A DNA stretch of 61,304 nucleotides, filler included, from Chiloscyllium plagiosum (lineage: Eukaryota): the NCBI RefSeq assembly GCF_004010195.1. It is 5 parts of one record of this genome, joined end to end, with 100 filler letters (N's around TTAATTAATTAA, not from the genome) between each part and the next. Parts side by side here need not be neighbours in the genome. Positions count along the whole stretch, not along the records: positions 1 to 22,715 come from NC_057715.1; 4 more parts are not named here. The stretch is one strand, 5' to 3'. The position numbers were made by a program, and so were the translations under genes. The notes below the pieces were generated by a model that was not told where the DNA came from, ran no database searches, and saw only the letters and a list, made by a program, of their open reading frames with translations. Of the stretch, positions 1-12,288 are shown one piece after another; the first letter of the stretch is position 1; the number at the start of each line of letters is the position of its first letter.

Positions 1-142
1 AATTTTCCATCTTTTGTCTTGATCCTTTCTTGAACAAGGGGGTTACATCAGCGATCTTCCAATCATCCGGGACTTTCCCTGACTCCAGTGACTTTTGAAA
101 GATCTCAACCAACGCCTCCGCTATTTCCGCAGCCACCTCCCT
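1..142 (-). mobile_element. CR1 LINE ORF2 fragment
   Basis: Reverse complement encodes EIAEALVEIFQKSLESGKVPDDWKIADVTPLFKKG, the CR1 pre-RT motif. Confidence 0.75.
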
Positions 143-494
143 CCCTTTTCATTGTTCGTTGTTTTGCAAATTGGATCACCATTGCTTTTATTTCCACTTC
201 TGAGAAATGATTGAAATTCCAGATCTAAACTTTCGTCCACCATCTTAAGTGATATTCTGCTTGTAAAATGCACTTCCCAAGTCATTATGAAAGGGGAGAA
301 ATGCTCTTGAACTTTGGTGGAATTTTACCAGTAGTTCATTTATCTTGGAAAGAGTGGGTGGTAAATTACTTGTTTTTCTATAGATTATAACAGTTGAGTA
401 ATTGCCTATTCCTTCTACGAGAAAAATAATTGGCTCACAAATTTAGGGACGCTTTAGAAAGGAATTATTAACTGAACTGTAATTTTTTATGCAA

Positions 495-893
495 GCAATA
501 TTCAGCCAACCTTCCATCCATTGACTCCATCTATACTTCCTGCTGCCTTGGGAAGGCAGCCAACATCATCAAAGTCCCCTCTCGCTCCGGTTATAAATTC
601 TTCCAACCTCTTTCTTCAGGCAGGAGATACCAAAGCTCAAACACCAACATATTTAAGAACACCTTCATCCCCGTTGTTCCTAGACTTCCGAATAGACCTC
701 TCAAATTTTAAATTTGATGTTGATTTCGCTCTTTGTGCACCTTCTCTGCAGCCATAACATTGTATCCCTTGCTCTGTTATGTTACCCTGATGATGCACGT
801 TGTGTTGTATGATCTGCCAGTACTGCATACAAAACAATGCTGTTCACTGTACCTGGGTACGTGTGACAATAACAAATCAAATCAAATCAAATC
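495..893 (+). mobile_element. Rex1/Babar-like LINE 3' end
   Basis: Degraded KAANIIK..P..PG..LF..L.SGRRY-type C-terminus; ends gtgacaataa followed by a (caaat)n tail. Confidence 0.65.
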
Positions 894-1008
894 AGTTGCC
901 TATGAATCTATTTTCATAAAATATTTGGAATATGGAGGTATTGAGTAATTCTGAGTGTCTATCCCTCTATGGTTTTAATCTCATGAGACATTATTGATCT
1001 GTTTCTAG

Positions 1009-1165
1009 CTCTCTGGATATTTCTTCAGCCTGCTGGCTGAAGACAAATAGCTTACTTGCAAAGAGACTCACCATAATGGATGCACTTTCACCGACGGCTG
1101 TAGCTCAAACTTCCAAATATGTCCCAATCTTAGACAAGTATATTGTGTCCAAAGTCTTTGATGAG
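1009..1165 (+). CDS. VWA3B: VWA3B internal coding exon A
   Basis: ttctag| acceptor and GAG|gtgag donor; 157 nt (phase 2 to 0). Encodes SLDISSACWLKTNSLLAKRLTIMDALSPTAVAQTSKYVPILDKYIVSKVFDE, matching my recollection of vertebrate VWA3B (WLKT...LTxMDALS...YVPxLDKxxVSKVFDE). Confidence 0.88.
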
Positions 1166-1556
1166 GTGAGCTGTCTTCTTTCATTTAAATTACATTTCTG
1201 AACTGTTCAGGAAAATATGAGGATTATATTCTACATTGTTGATCTCTTGTGACTTACCTCATGTCCATTCCAAGATCTCACACACTGTTCTCACACTCAG
1301 TTGCTAAAATGTGTTCAATCTGGCCAACTATTTTGGACCAATGTTAAGATACTTTACTACAAAGAATTGGTTTAAATAGGTAAACTGAGGTAGTTACTGG
1401 GAAATGTTCTGCACCTTGGTAGCTGTTTATAAGTCTTAGTCCTTGCCTTTGTGAAGAAGCCAGGTTATGGAGGTTAGAAAAAAAATCTTTGAAGAAATGT
1501 CTGCTTATCTTTAATAAGATATGACATTTTGGTATTTAATGTCATAGAGCTGTAGA

Positions 1557-1915
1557 GGTAAAAACAATGACTGCAGATGCTGGAAACCAGATTCTGGATC
1601 AGTAGTGTTGGAAGAGTACAGCAGTTCAGGCAGCATCCAAGGAACTTCGAAATCGACATTTCGGGCAAAAGCCCTTCATCAGGAATAAAGGCAGTGAGCC
1701 TGAAGCATGGAGAGATACTGGGGTTGAAGTGTTCCGAGTCGGAAGATGAGGCGTTCTTCCTCCAGGCATCTGGTGGTGAGGGAGTGGCGGTGAAGGAGGC
1801 CCAGGACCTCCATATCCTTGGCAGAGTGGGAGGGGGAGTTGAAATTTTGGGCCATGGGGCGGTGTGGTTGATTGGTGTGGGTGTCCCGGAGATGTTCCCT
1901 AAAGCGCTCTGCTAG
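1557..1915 (-). mobile_element. Penelope-like element 3' part (GIY-YIG C-terminus plus terminal repeat)
   Basis: Minus strand encodes ..VLGLLHRHSLTTRCLEEERLIFRLGTLQP, followed by a hammerhead-bearing terminal repeat also seen at 58291. Confidence 0.75.
1651..1686 (-). ncRNA. Minimal hammerhead ribozyme motif (PLE family A)
   Basis: Minus strand: UUC CUGAUGA A GGGC UUUU GCCC GAAA UGUC GAUU; both core boxes and stem II are intact. Confidence 0.7.
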
Positions 1916-2039
1916 GACTTCAACAGTTTCCTAAGGTCTGTCAGTGCTGGGCCACGCCCACCGACGTTGCATTGAGTGGGGTGGAGTTGGGTTAACTGTT
2001 TACATGCCAAACAACCTTGTAAATGAGATAAAAACTTCA

Positions 2040-2107
2040 CAAAAAAAACTTTCGATTTTGGAGCTTCTCGGATCTTGGGATTTCGGATAAAGAGTTGTCT
2101 ACCTGTA
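2040..2107. mobile_element. Possible Tc1/mariner (Tigger-like) MITE end
   Basis: Ends ttcggataaagagttgtctacctg|ta, resembling Tigger-type TIR plus TA; the other end was not located. Confidence 0.3.
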
Positions 2108-2301
2108 GTAAGCTTAACAAGTCATCACCACAGGACACACCTACATGTGTTTTTCTGTTGAAAAGTGAAGAAAGAAATGACAGTGGATTAAAAAGAAAAC
2201 TTCAGAATTAACCTTTATCTGTGGATATTGCTTTTAAAATAACTATGGTACCTCGGTGTATTTCAGTCTGATATAAATTTGTTAATATTGTTTTAATTCA
2301 G

Positions 2302-2420
2302 ATGCTACCATTAGCCCATGTGAGCAACTGCAAGAAGCAGATCACACTCATTAATCCATTGGGTGTGAACCTGAAACACTACAAAAAAAGACTCCTCCAC
2401 GCTATCCATTGCTATGAAAA
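2302..2420 (+). CDS. VWA3B: VWA3B internal coding exon B
   Basis: ttttaattcag| acceptor and AA|gtaagt donor; 119 nt (phase 0 to 2). Encodes MLPLAHVSNCKKQITLINPLGVNLKHYKKRLLHAIHCYE(K), in frame with exon A. Confidence 0.88.
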
Positions 2421-3306
2421 GTAAGTAATCAATTACTGAGATGTTAGTCCTTCCATAAATTAGTGAAAAAATGAATGTGGTAAGAGCAGGTCACCTCAAG
2501 CAACTCACTGTTCTCTAGACCGTATCTGCAAGAGTATGTCAGACATTATTGTATCATGTAGATTGCTCTATTCTTCATTGAATTGACGGTCAATCCAATT
2601 CTTTGTTGACCTTTCAGTTGTTGTAATACTAAATAACATGAGGACAGTTACAGATGGGCCAGAAATCCTGGCCGAGCTTGCAACAGCTACTTTGTGTGAA
2701 TGAATTAAAAAGTGGGAATCTATTATTGAAAATGAAGAGACAATTCCTATTGTACGATTAGCTCAGAGCTTTCTATTATTCTCAAATTTATCCTTTGTCT
2801 ATTTCACTTATTTGTGTAATATAAATTTGTCTGTTAAGATATGTGGTTCATTTAAACTTTTGCAATGAATTTCCTTTAACTTGCTTCATACTTTGTGAAT
2901 TTAAAATTTGGAGTCATCATGATTTTTTTCCCTCTGAATCCTTTTCATTATCTTGTCTTGCACTATTTCAGCTACACTGGGCTCAGATTGTGATATTTTC
3001 CAGTTCTAATGTTGAATCACCAAGATTCAATATGGCACAGCTCATGTTTACATAAATTATGAGCATCCGGCCCTGCTGAATTTCCCACTGTTGACCATTA
3101 TTAGTATGGACTGCAGGCATCTAGCTTGCTACTGGGAGCATATTAAAATATGGCAGGAAGGGTGGAGTTAAGAAATCTGGCAGGCAAACTACCTTTACAT
3201 GACTGAAGTTGATTTAAGTATATTATCGCGGTTTGCAGATTTTCCAAAGGCCATATTGAACAAAGAAAATGCTTGGTTTTTAAAAAAAAAGTCCATAGTT
3301 ATGTTT

Positions 3307-3590
3307 AGAATCATAGAATCCCTACAGTGTGGAAACAGGCCATTCAGCCCAACAAGTCTCTAAACAGACTCTAAAAAGAGCGCTCATTCAGGCTCACACC
3401 CCTTACCCTATTCCTGTAACCCTGCATTTACCATTGCTGATCCACCTAATGTACACATCCCTAGACACTATGGGCAATTTAGCATATCGAATCCACCTAA
3501 CCTATACATCTTTGGACTTTGGGAGAAAACCCATGCAGACATTGGGAGAATGTGCAAACTCCAGACAGATGGTCACCAGAGGCCAGAGTT
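3307..3590 (-). mobile_element. HE1-like tRNA-derived SINE (partial)
   Basis: Reverse complement of the SINE body (gagtttgcac..ttctcc..ggttt..tcccaaagtccaaagatgt) with the CR1-like tail gcctgtttccacactgtagggattctatgattc. Confidence 0.75.
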
Positions 3591-3756
3591 GGTCATAAAC
3601 ACATAAGAAAGTTAAAGTACCACATACAGAAAGCAAACATTTAGAGATCACAACCCCACCCCAAAAAAAACAAAGAACTGCAGATGCTGGAAATGGATGC
3701 AGGGGCGGCACGGTGGCTCAGTTTGGGGGAGTGGTGGGGGTTGTGGGGTACGTATC

Positions 3757-4095
3757 ACGGTGGCTCAGTGGTTAGCACTGCTGCCTCACAGTGCCAGAGA
3801 CTCAGGTTTGATTCCAGCCTCAGGCGACTTGGCCGTGAGGAGCTTGCAAGTTCTGCTAGTGTGTGTGTGGGTTCTTCCTGGGTGCTCTGGTTTTCTCCCA
3901 CATTCCAGAGATGCGGAGGTTAGGTGAATTAGCCAGGCTAAATTGTTCACAGTGTTCCGGGATGTGTAGGTTAGGTGCATTAGTCTGGGGTAAAGGTAGA
4001 GTAGCGGGGGAATGGTCTGGGTGGGTTACTCTTCAGAAGGTTGGTCTGGACTGGTTGGGCCCAAGGGCCTGTTTCCACACTGTAGGGATTCTATG
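3757..4095 (+). mobile_element. HE1-like tRNA-derived SINE
   Basis: Pol III A box tggctcagtgg and B-box-like ggtttgattcc; tail gggcctgtttccacactgtagggattctatg. An aborted head copy lies at 3703-3722. Confidence 0.85.
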
Positions 4096-4436
4096 GAAAT
4101 CTAAAACAAAAATAGCAATTGCTGGAGAAACTCAGCAGGTATGGCAGCATCTGTGGAGAGAAAGCAGAGTTAATGTTTCAGGGCCAGTGATCCTTTTCCC
4201 CAAGATGTTGACTAGCGTTCATTTTTAAATTTGTGAGTCAGAAATGAAATGAGCCACATTAATATTCCAATGATCTACATCAAGCCAGTAACTAATGTAA
4301 TGGACTATGCTGCTCTTGAGCAGCTTGAAACTTGACTGCTGCATTTGCTAGAGGTAGTCTCACTCATTGAGTTACCTGAGGCCAAGATAAAAGCTGCAGA
4401 TCCTGTAACCACATGTAACCCATCAAGTAAAACAAA

Positions 4437-4650
4437 TTTCAAGGTGAGAGGGGAGAGATTTAAAAGGGACCTAAGGGGCAACTTTTTCATGCAGAGGATG
4501 GTGGGTGTATGGAATGAGGTGCCAGAAGAAGTGGTGGAGGCTGGTACAATTACAACATTCAAAAGGCATTTGGATGCATATATGAATAGGAAGATTTTAG
4601 AGGGATGGGACAAAGTGCTGGCAAATGAGACTACATTTATTTAGGATATC
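4437..4650 (+). mobile_element. CR1 LINE 3' fragment
   Basis: FKVRGERFKRDLRGNFFMQRMVGVWNEVPEEVVEAGTITTFKRHLD in ORF 4345..4644. Confidence 0.85.
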
Positions 4651-4660
4651 TTCCAAATGT

Positions 4661-7052
4661 AGACTGGGACTGCCATAGTGTTAAGGCTTTAGATGGAGAG
4701 AAATTTGTTAAATGTCTACAAGATAATTTTCGGATTCAGTATGTGGATGTTCCTACCAGAGAAGGTGCAAAACTTGACCTACTCTTGGGAACTGAGGCAG
4801 GGCAGGTGACTGAGGGGTCAGTGGGAGAACATTTTGGGGCCAGCGACTGTAATTCTATTTGTTTTAAAATAGTGATGGAAAAGTATAGACCGGATCTAAA
4901 AGTTAAAGTTCTAAATTGGAGGACAGTATAAGACAAGGACTTTCAAAAGTTGACTGGGGGCAGATGTTCACAGGTAAAGGGATAGCTGGAAAGTGGGAAG
5001 CCATCAAAAATAAGATAACGAGACAGTATATCCCTGTTAGGGTGAAAGGAAAGGCTGGTAGGTGTAGGGAATGCTGGATGACTAGAGAAATTGAGGTTTT
5101 GGTTAAGAAAAACAAAGAAGCATATGTCAGGTATAGACAGGAGAGATCGAGTGAATCCTGAGAGTATAAAGGCAGTAGAAGTGCACTTAACAGGAAAATC
5201 AGGAGGGCAAAAAGGGGACATGAGATAGCTTTGGCAAAAAGGATTAAGGAGAATCCAAAGGGTTTTTTACAAATACATTGAGGACAAAAGGATAACCAGG
5301 GAGACAAGAGAGCTCCTCAGCAAGGTAGGCCATGTGTGGAGCTGCAGGAGATGGGTGAGATACTAAACGAGTATTTTGCATCGGTGTTTACTGTGGAGAA
5401 GGACATGGAAGATAGAGAATATAGGCAAATAGATGGCGACATCTTGCAAAATGTCCATATTACAGAGGAGGAAGTTCTGGATGTCTTGAAACTGATAAAA
5501 GTGGATAAATCCCCAGGACCTGATCAGGTGTACTCTAGAGCTCTGTGGGAAGCTAAGAAACCAATCGCTGGGCTCCTTGCTGAGATATTTGCATCATTGA
5601 TAGTCACAGGTGAGGTGCTGGAAGACTGAAGGTTGGTTAATGTGGTCCCACTATTTAAAAAGGTCGTAAGGAAAAGCTAGGGAACTATAGACCGGTGAGC
5701 CTGACATCGGTGGTGGACAAGGTATTGGAGAGAATCCTGAGGGACAGGATTTACATGCATTTGGAAAGGCAAGGACTGATTAGGGATAGTCAGCATGGTT
5801 TTGTGCATGGGAGATCATGCCTCACAAACTTGGTTGAGTTTTTTGAACAAGTAACAAACAGGATTGATGAGGGCAAAGCAGTAGAAGTGATCTATATGCA
5901 CTTCATTAAGGTGTTCGACATGTTCCCCATGGGAAACTGGTTACCAAGATTAGATCTCATGGAATACAGGGAGAACTAACCATTTGGATACAGAACTGGC
6001 TAGAAGGTAGAAGACCTTCGGTGGTGGGGGGTTGCTTTTTTAGATTGGAGGCCTGTGACCAGTGGTGTGCCACAATGATCAGTGCTGGGTCCACGAATTG
6101 TCATAATTTATATAAATGATTTGAATGTGAGCATAAGAGGTATTGTTAGTAAGTTTGCAAATGATATCAAAATTGGAGGTGTAGTGGACAGCGAAGAAGG
6201 TTACCTCAGACTACAATGGGACCTTGATGAGATGGGCGAGCGGGCTGAAGAGTGGCAGATTCAGTTTAATTTAGATAAATGTGAGGTGCAGTTTTTTAAA
6301 AAGCAAATCAGAGCAAGACTTATACACTTAATGGTAAGGTCCTCGGGAGTATTGCTGAACAGAGACCTTGGAATGCAGGTTCATAGTTACTTGAAAGTAG
6401 CATTGCAGGTAGATAGGATCGTGAAGAAGGCGCTTGGTATGCTTTCCTTTATTGGTCAGAATGTTGAGTATTGGGTTCGGAGGTCATGTTGCGGCTGTAC
6501 AGGACATTGGTTTGGCCATTTTTGGAATATTGCGTTCAATTCTCATCTCCTTCCTATGTGAAATTTGAAAGGCTTCAGAAAAGATTTACAAGGATGTTGC
6601 CAGGGTTGGAGGATTTGCGCTATAGGGAGAGGCTGAACAGGCTAGGGCTGTTTTCCCTGGAGTGTCGGAGGTTGAGGGGTGACCTTATAGAGATTTATAA
6701 AATCATGAGGGGCATGGATAGGATAAATAGACAGTCTTTTCCTTGGTGTGTGGGAGTCCAGAACTAAAGGGCATAGGTTTACGGTGAGAGGAGAATGATA
6801 TAAAAGGGTCCTAAGGGGCAACTTCTTCATGCAGAGTGTGGTGTGTGTTTGGAATGAGCTGCCAGAGGAAGTGATGGAGGCTGGTACAATTACAGCATTT
6901 AAAAGGCATCTGAATGGGTATATGAGTAGGAAAGGTTTGGACCAATATGGGCCAGGTGCTGGCAAATGGGACTACATTAGGTTAGAATAACTGGCTGGCA
7001 TGGATGAGTTGGACTGAGGGGTCTGTTTCTGTGCTGCACATCTCTATGATTC
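4661..7052 (+). mobile_element. CR1 LINE, 5'-truncated degraded ORF2 (end of APE, RT, 3' tail)
   Basis: Frameshifted ORFs: PTREGAKLDLLLG, KSPGPDQVY, SLTSVVDKVLERILRD..QHGF, KFANDIKIGG, LEYCVQF, RRLRGDLIE; tail atctctatgattc. Confidence 0.92.
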
Positions 7053-8122
7053 TTATCTAAAGGTTGACTGAGAAAATTACACCCGTGCAGGATGGGTAAA
7101 GTATCATTTAAATGAGCTTCAACCATTGCAGTGTGTGCAATGAAGGGTGTAATGTAGTTGTGATGAGAAAATAGTATATCCATTTTTTTTGGTAACATTG
7201 CCTTTTGAAAATGACAAGTCCCATTTCTATTAATGTGATAATTATCAGGCAGTGTGTATCTAATATCTAATTATTTAAATAATGAGACTCTGCGTATTCC
7301 TAGACATTTTAAAATGTAATTGCATATTTTTCAATGCAATGTAATATGTTTAACAACGCTGCTCTTAGGGAACATCTGTTCTCATTTACTGTAAATGCGT
7401 TGATGGAAACATTCTGCTTCTGGTGCAGCATACCTTGCAAAAGCTTAAAAGTAACCTTTTAGAGCATAACTATGAGTTAACTAGAAATACTGACCACTGG
7501 ACATTTCCCCACTGGATTGGCTACACATAATAACCAGATAAAAACATTCTCCGTTATTGAATAATTTGGTTACATTTCACCATTTCTAACTGCTTTCTGG
7601 CAAACTGATGGTTGGAAAGTAATACGCAGACTTCCACCAAAGCCTGAACAACTACTTTGTAGCATTGTTATCCAGGTTTTTGTCTCCTGCGTATCTGTGA
7701 CTTAAAAATTAGTGCATTGTCTCAATGCTGTGTAATAAGACATTGAATGAACTCTTCACCTTCTCCATCATTAATAGGCAATCAGTGCACGTGAAAAGAA
7801 TCTCTCTGGGCATCAGTGAATGGTGGCCTTTAAGGTCTTCATCCATGATCTCTGCACCATGGCCTGAGACAGAGCTCCCTCTCCAGCAAGCTACTTCATG
7901 GGAGGTGCTATCCTCCTGATGCTTGCCCAGGTTGGATGTGGCTGGATTCTTCCACTCTGCCCTCTGACCTATATGCATGGCGTCAGTGTCTGAGTTGCTG
8001 CTTGCTAATGATAAGTTGGTGACACTTCCTTATCTTTAGTTCTGCTATCTTCTTGCTCTGCTCACTCAGTTGTATGAGGAACTCCTGGACCTGAAATGTG
8101 TGAAAGGGATAAAGATTAGCAT

Positions 8123-8723
8123 TTAGCTGCACTTTGCTGACTTTAAATCCATTTATTGCTGTACCACGACTCAAATAAAATTGAAAATAGAAGGATCCAT
8201 TTTTTTAAAGAGCTAATGACAAAATTAAGCACAGAATTCATCAGAGTGATAAGGAAGACAATAGGCAAAACTTAGAATTTCAGCAGAATGAGAAGAAGCT
8301 TTGGAGTTGTTCTACCCTCAGACCCCCAGCCCCAGACTTCAGTCTCTTTCTGTCTCTCAGGAGGAAGTGCCTTGGGGAGCTGAATGCCTGGAAAGTCCAT
8401 CTAATTGTGCTGGAGCTCCAGCACAATTAGATGGACTTTCCAGGCATTCAGCTCCCCAGGGCACAACTTCCTCCAGAGAGACAGAAAGAGACTGAAGTCT
8501 GGGGCTGGGGGTCTGAGGGTAGAACAACTCCAAAGCTTCTTCTCATTCTGCTGAAATTCTAAGTTTTGCCTATTGTCTTCCTTATCACTCTGATGAATTC
8601 TGTGCTTAATTTTGTCATTAGCTCTTTTAAAAAATGGATCCTTCTACTTTCAATTTAATTTGGAGATTTAATTTGAGTCGTGGTACAGCATTAATTGGTT
8701 TAAAGTCAGCAAAGTGCAGCTAA
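8123..8723. repeat. Spacer-less inverted repeat (palindrome), arms ~290-310 bp
   Basis: Centre TGGAG|CTCCA at 8415/8416. Arms are reverse complements out to ttagctgcactttgctgac / gtcagcaaagtgcagctaa, with a few mismatches and small indels. Confidence 0.95.
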
Positions 8724-9614
8724 GTGAACTACATCTGGTTTGTAACAAGAGACTCTTCTGGTTAGACCAGCAAGGAGATTTCCTCTGCCACACCATACAA
8801 GTAAACCCTTTAGATCTCTGCCTTAAAAGAGGGTGGTGGCAGCAAAGCTAACCCACGGTGCGCAACTTTGCAAATAGCCTCACACGGTGGAGCTCAGCTG
8901 TGAGGACTGGGCATCCACTCAGTTAGGTGCACCCCATCCTTCATCTTACTGTCTATGTCATTTAAAAATGGCCTGCTCACTCCTGCCCGCTCACTGACAT
9001 CAGATGTATTATAGTGTCCACTGTGTATCCTTCAGATCAATACGCTTGTCATCAACCTAAGCCACCCTTCATTACTTATTTACCAGTTTCATGGTCCACC
9101 CACCTTGTGTATTGATGGTGACTTTGGGAGTGGGTGCGAAAGTGATACTGTAGCTCCCCACTTATTTTATATCCCCCCCCATTCTAATGAAACTCTGCCC
9201 AGTGAGGCTGTGGAACACCTAATCCTAAGTTTATCGCCCTTGTGTGTTGGAAATGTGTACAATATTTATTCTGTACATGCTCATGTACAAGAATGTAGCT
9301 TGAAGGTAACTTATTGATGACTTTACTGGTGAGTTTCGTAGTGTTGGATACATCGGAATCTGAGCAGTGATGTATCATTTATCAACAACAACACTTATGT
9401 TTATACAGCACCTTATGACACCATTATTTATTGAAATGTTATTTTTCCAGAAACCTATTTTGCATTTGCAAGCTAGTTAACATTGGGCTTCAAACAATAT
9501 CATTCATTCGTCTAAATACAAAAAGGTGCTACCTTTAATGAATTGACATTAAATCAAAAGCTTCCAAATTTGTTAGTAGTTAATAATTTTCAACACTTCT
9601 TTCTCTTTTGCAAG

Positions 9615-9665
9615 GCGTCTAAATTTAATTGTATGGAGAGCATTATCTCAGGAGGAGCGAGATAA
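9615..9665 (+). CDS. VWA3B: VWA3B internal coding exon C (51 nt)
   Basis: ttctcttttgcaag| acceptor and AA|gtaagt donor; phase 2 to 2. Encodes (K)RLNLIVWRALSQEERD(K); recalled VWA3B motif KRLNKIVWRALSQEEK. Confidence 0.88.
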   Translation, partial: ASKFNCMESIISGGAR

Positions 9666-9770
9666 GTAAGTAACAATATTCTTTATAAATCTGTGCTTTT
9701 GTATTTTTGTTGCAGTCACATTTAGATTTTGATTATTACTTTTTTTCTGTGTGCATTCATTTTGGACAAG

Positions 9771-9948
9771 GTTCAATAGTGATAAACCAATCTCATTTGG
9801 AGACCACAGAGAGGCCTTACTGCAAGCATTGGACAGAATGGATTGGCCTATTGCTCAGGAAGATATTACATTATTGGAAGATGAAATCCAGACTGGTTAT
9901 ACATATAAACAACAGACCTTGGACCTCCAGAAGGCTGTTCGAGAAAAG
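9771..9948 (+). CDS. VWA3B: VWA3B internal coding exon D
   Basis: Follows a 105-nt intron; caag| acceptor and AAG|gtttgt donor; 178 nt (phase 2 to 0). Encodes FNSDKPISFGDHREALLQALDRMDWPIAQEDITLLEDEIQTGYTYKQQTLDLQKAVREK (inside ORF 9751..10038). Confidence 0.85.
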
Positions 9949-10234
9949 GTTTGTAAATCTTCTTCAGGATTTTTGAGCAATGACTCTAACACAGAACCTG
10001 ATCTGGGTTCAAAGGATTTCAAATATTTCACTTCATGAAGGATGGCTTGTGAAAAATTGACATCTAAAATTGGGAGTAAGTACATCAGAGTCCTTCCCCT
10101 GATTTCTATATCCACATTATTCCTCTCACTTGCGTGAACACACACGCAAATTATTCATTTAGAAATCTACCTACATCCTCCGGCTCCACGCACAGTTTAC
10201 CCCATGGTCCTTAATGGCTGATACGTTTTCCCTC

Positions 10235-10975
10235 CTTACCTATTAGTTTATTGTGCCTGGAAAATAACTTTGGATTTTCCTTTATTTTACCTGCCATTAT
10301 TCTTTCAATTCCCCTTTTTGCTCCTTTAATTTCCTTTTTCAGTTTCCCTTTGCACATTCTGTACTCCTTTAAGGCTTCTGCTGCCTTTTGTGATCAGAGC
10401 AGACCTGACTGGGATCAGAAGCACATTTAACTTTTCATCCTGTCAAGTCTCCTAAGATCTCGTATGATTCAATAAGGTTGCCTTTCATTCTTCTAAATTC
10501 CAATAAGCATAGACCCAACCTCTTCTAATAAGAAAATGCCTGGGACTCACCTAATAAACTTGCTCTGGTCTGCCTCCAATGCTAGTATATCTTTCATCAG
10601 GTAAGGGGATCAAAACTGTTCACAATATTCAGAGTGTGGTTTAACTCATGCCTGGTATAGTTTCAGAAGCATTTCCTATTTCTGTATTCCATTCCATTAG
10701 AAATAAAGACCTACATTCCATTTCCTATCACCTGCTGAACTTAAATGATAGTTTTAATGATTTATATATGGGGACTTTGAAATCTCTTTGTGCTGCAGCT
10801 TTCTCATGTCTTTTTCATTTTAAATAATATTCAGCTCCTCTATTCCCACTAAAATGCATAACCTTACATTTTCCCATATAATATTCCATCTGCCAAGTTT
10901 TTGCCCACTTGCTTAACCTGTCTATATCTCTCTGCTGGCTCTTTATGTCCTCCTCACTACTTGCATTCCCACATT
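10235..10975 (-). mobile_element. Old CR1 LINE fragments
   Basis: ORF 10815..11003 QRDIDRLSKWAKTWQMEYYMGKCKVMHF and adjacent degraded CR1 sequence. Confidence 0.7.
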
Positions 10976-11220
10976 TTCTTTCTTTGCCTTCTGCCATCCT
11001 CACCTGGCCTGGCCAATATGTGACTCCAGACCCACAGTGATGTGGTTGATGCTTAAATGCCCTCTGGGCAGTTAGAGATGGACAATAAATGGTGGCCTAG
11101 CCAGAAACTGCCCTCATCCCGTGAACAAATCAAAATATCTCTTCACATTGTTCCTCATATTGCTGAACAATGTGTTGCTGGAAAAGCCCAGCAGGTCAGG
11201 CAGCATCCAAGGAGCAGGAG

Positions 11221-11256
11221 AATCGACTTTTCGGGCATAAGCCCTTCTTCAGGAAT
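11221..11256 (-). ncRNA. Minimal hammerhead motif (PLE family A)
   Basis: Minus strand: UUC CUGAAGA A GGGC UUAU GCCC GAAA AGUC GAUU. Confidence 0.65.
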
Positions 11257-12253
11257 GAGGAGGGTGTGCCAAGCAGGCTAAGATAAAAGGTAGGGAGGAG
11301 GGACTTGGGGGAGGGGCATGGGGAATGCGATAGGTGGAAGGAGGTTAAGGTGAGGGTGATAGGCCGGAGAGGGGGTGGGGCGGAGAGGTTGGCCTGTAAA
11401 CAGCTCAGATACTGAAACTAATCTTTGATAGTTACTGTTCTCCCCACTTGTCCTGACATCTTCAATAATCTGTGCTCATACACACCCAGCGCCCTCTGCT
11501 CCTCAACCCTCTTGTCCATGTAGTGATCTAAATGTTATTTAAACGGTGTAACTCTCCCTGCTTTTACCACTTCCACTGGAAGTTCATTCCAAACACAAGC
11601 CAAATTCTGGCTAAAATAATTACCCTCCCCCCTCATGACTTTTGTAAATCTTTTTCCTCGCACCTTAAAATATCCCTCAGTTTTCAATCCTAAACTCTCG
11701 GGAAAAGGCATTAGCTCTTCAGCTTATCTGTACCCCACATGATTTTATAAACTTCTGTAAAGTTATCCATTCATCCTATACTCTCCAGTGAAAAAAGTCC
11801 CAGCCTACCCAGTCTCTCATTATAGATCACTCACTCCATTCCCAGCAACAACCATTTAATCTCTTCTGAACCATCTTCAGCACACTTTAATTCCCTCTCC
11901 CACTCCGCCAAGGACATGCAGGTCCTTGGCCTCCTCCATCGCCAAACCATGGCAACACGACGCCTGGAGGATGAGCCACTCTTCTTCAGCCTAAGAACCC
12001 TCCAACCACAAGTGATGAATACAGATTCCTCCAGCTTCCTCATTTCCCCTCCCCCACCTTTTCCCAGTCCCAAGCCTCAGATTCAGCACCGCCTTCTTGA
12101 CCTCCAATCTTCTTCCCGACCTCTCCGCCCCCACCTCCTCTCCGGCCTATCACCCTCACCTTAACCTCCTTCTACCTATCGCATTCCCAACGCCCCTCCC
12201 CCAAGTCTCTCCTCCCTACCTTTTATCTTAGCCTGCTTGGCACACCCTCCTCA

Positions 12254-12288
12254 TTCCTGATGAAGGGCTTATGCCCGAGACGTCGATT
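12254..12288 (+). ncRNA. Hammerhead motif with core mutation (GAAA>GAGA)
   Basis: CUGAUGA A GGGC UUAU GCCC GAGA CGUC GAUU. Confidence 0.6.

Noticed and set aside
7709..7978. Possible Harbinger transposase remnant
   Set aside because: Resemblance is too weak to support without a search.
8301..8495. 64-aa ORF across the palindrome centre
   Set aside because: Non-ATG start, no recognisable homology; a by-product of the palindrome.
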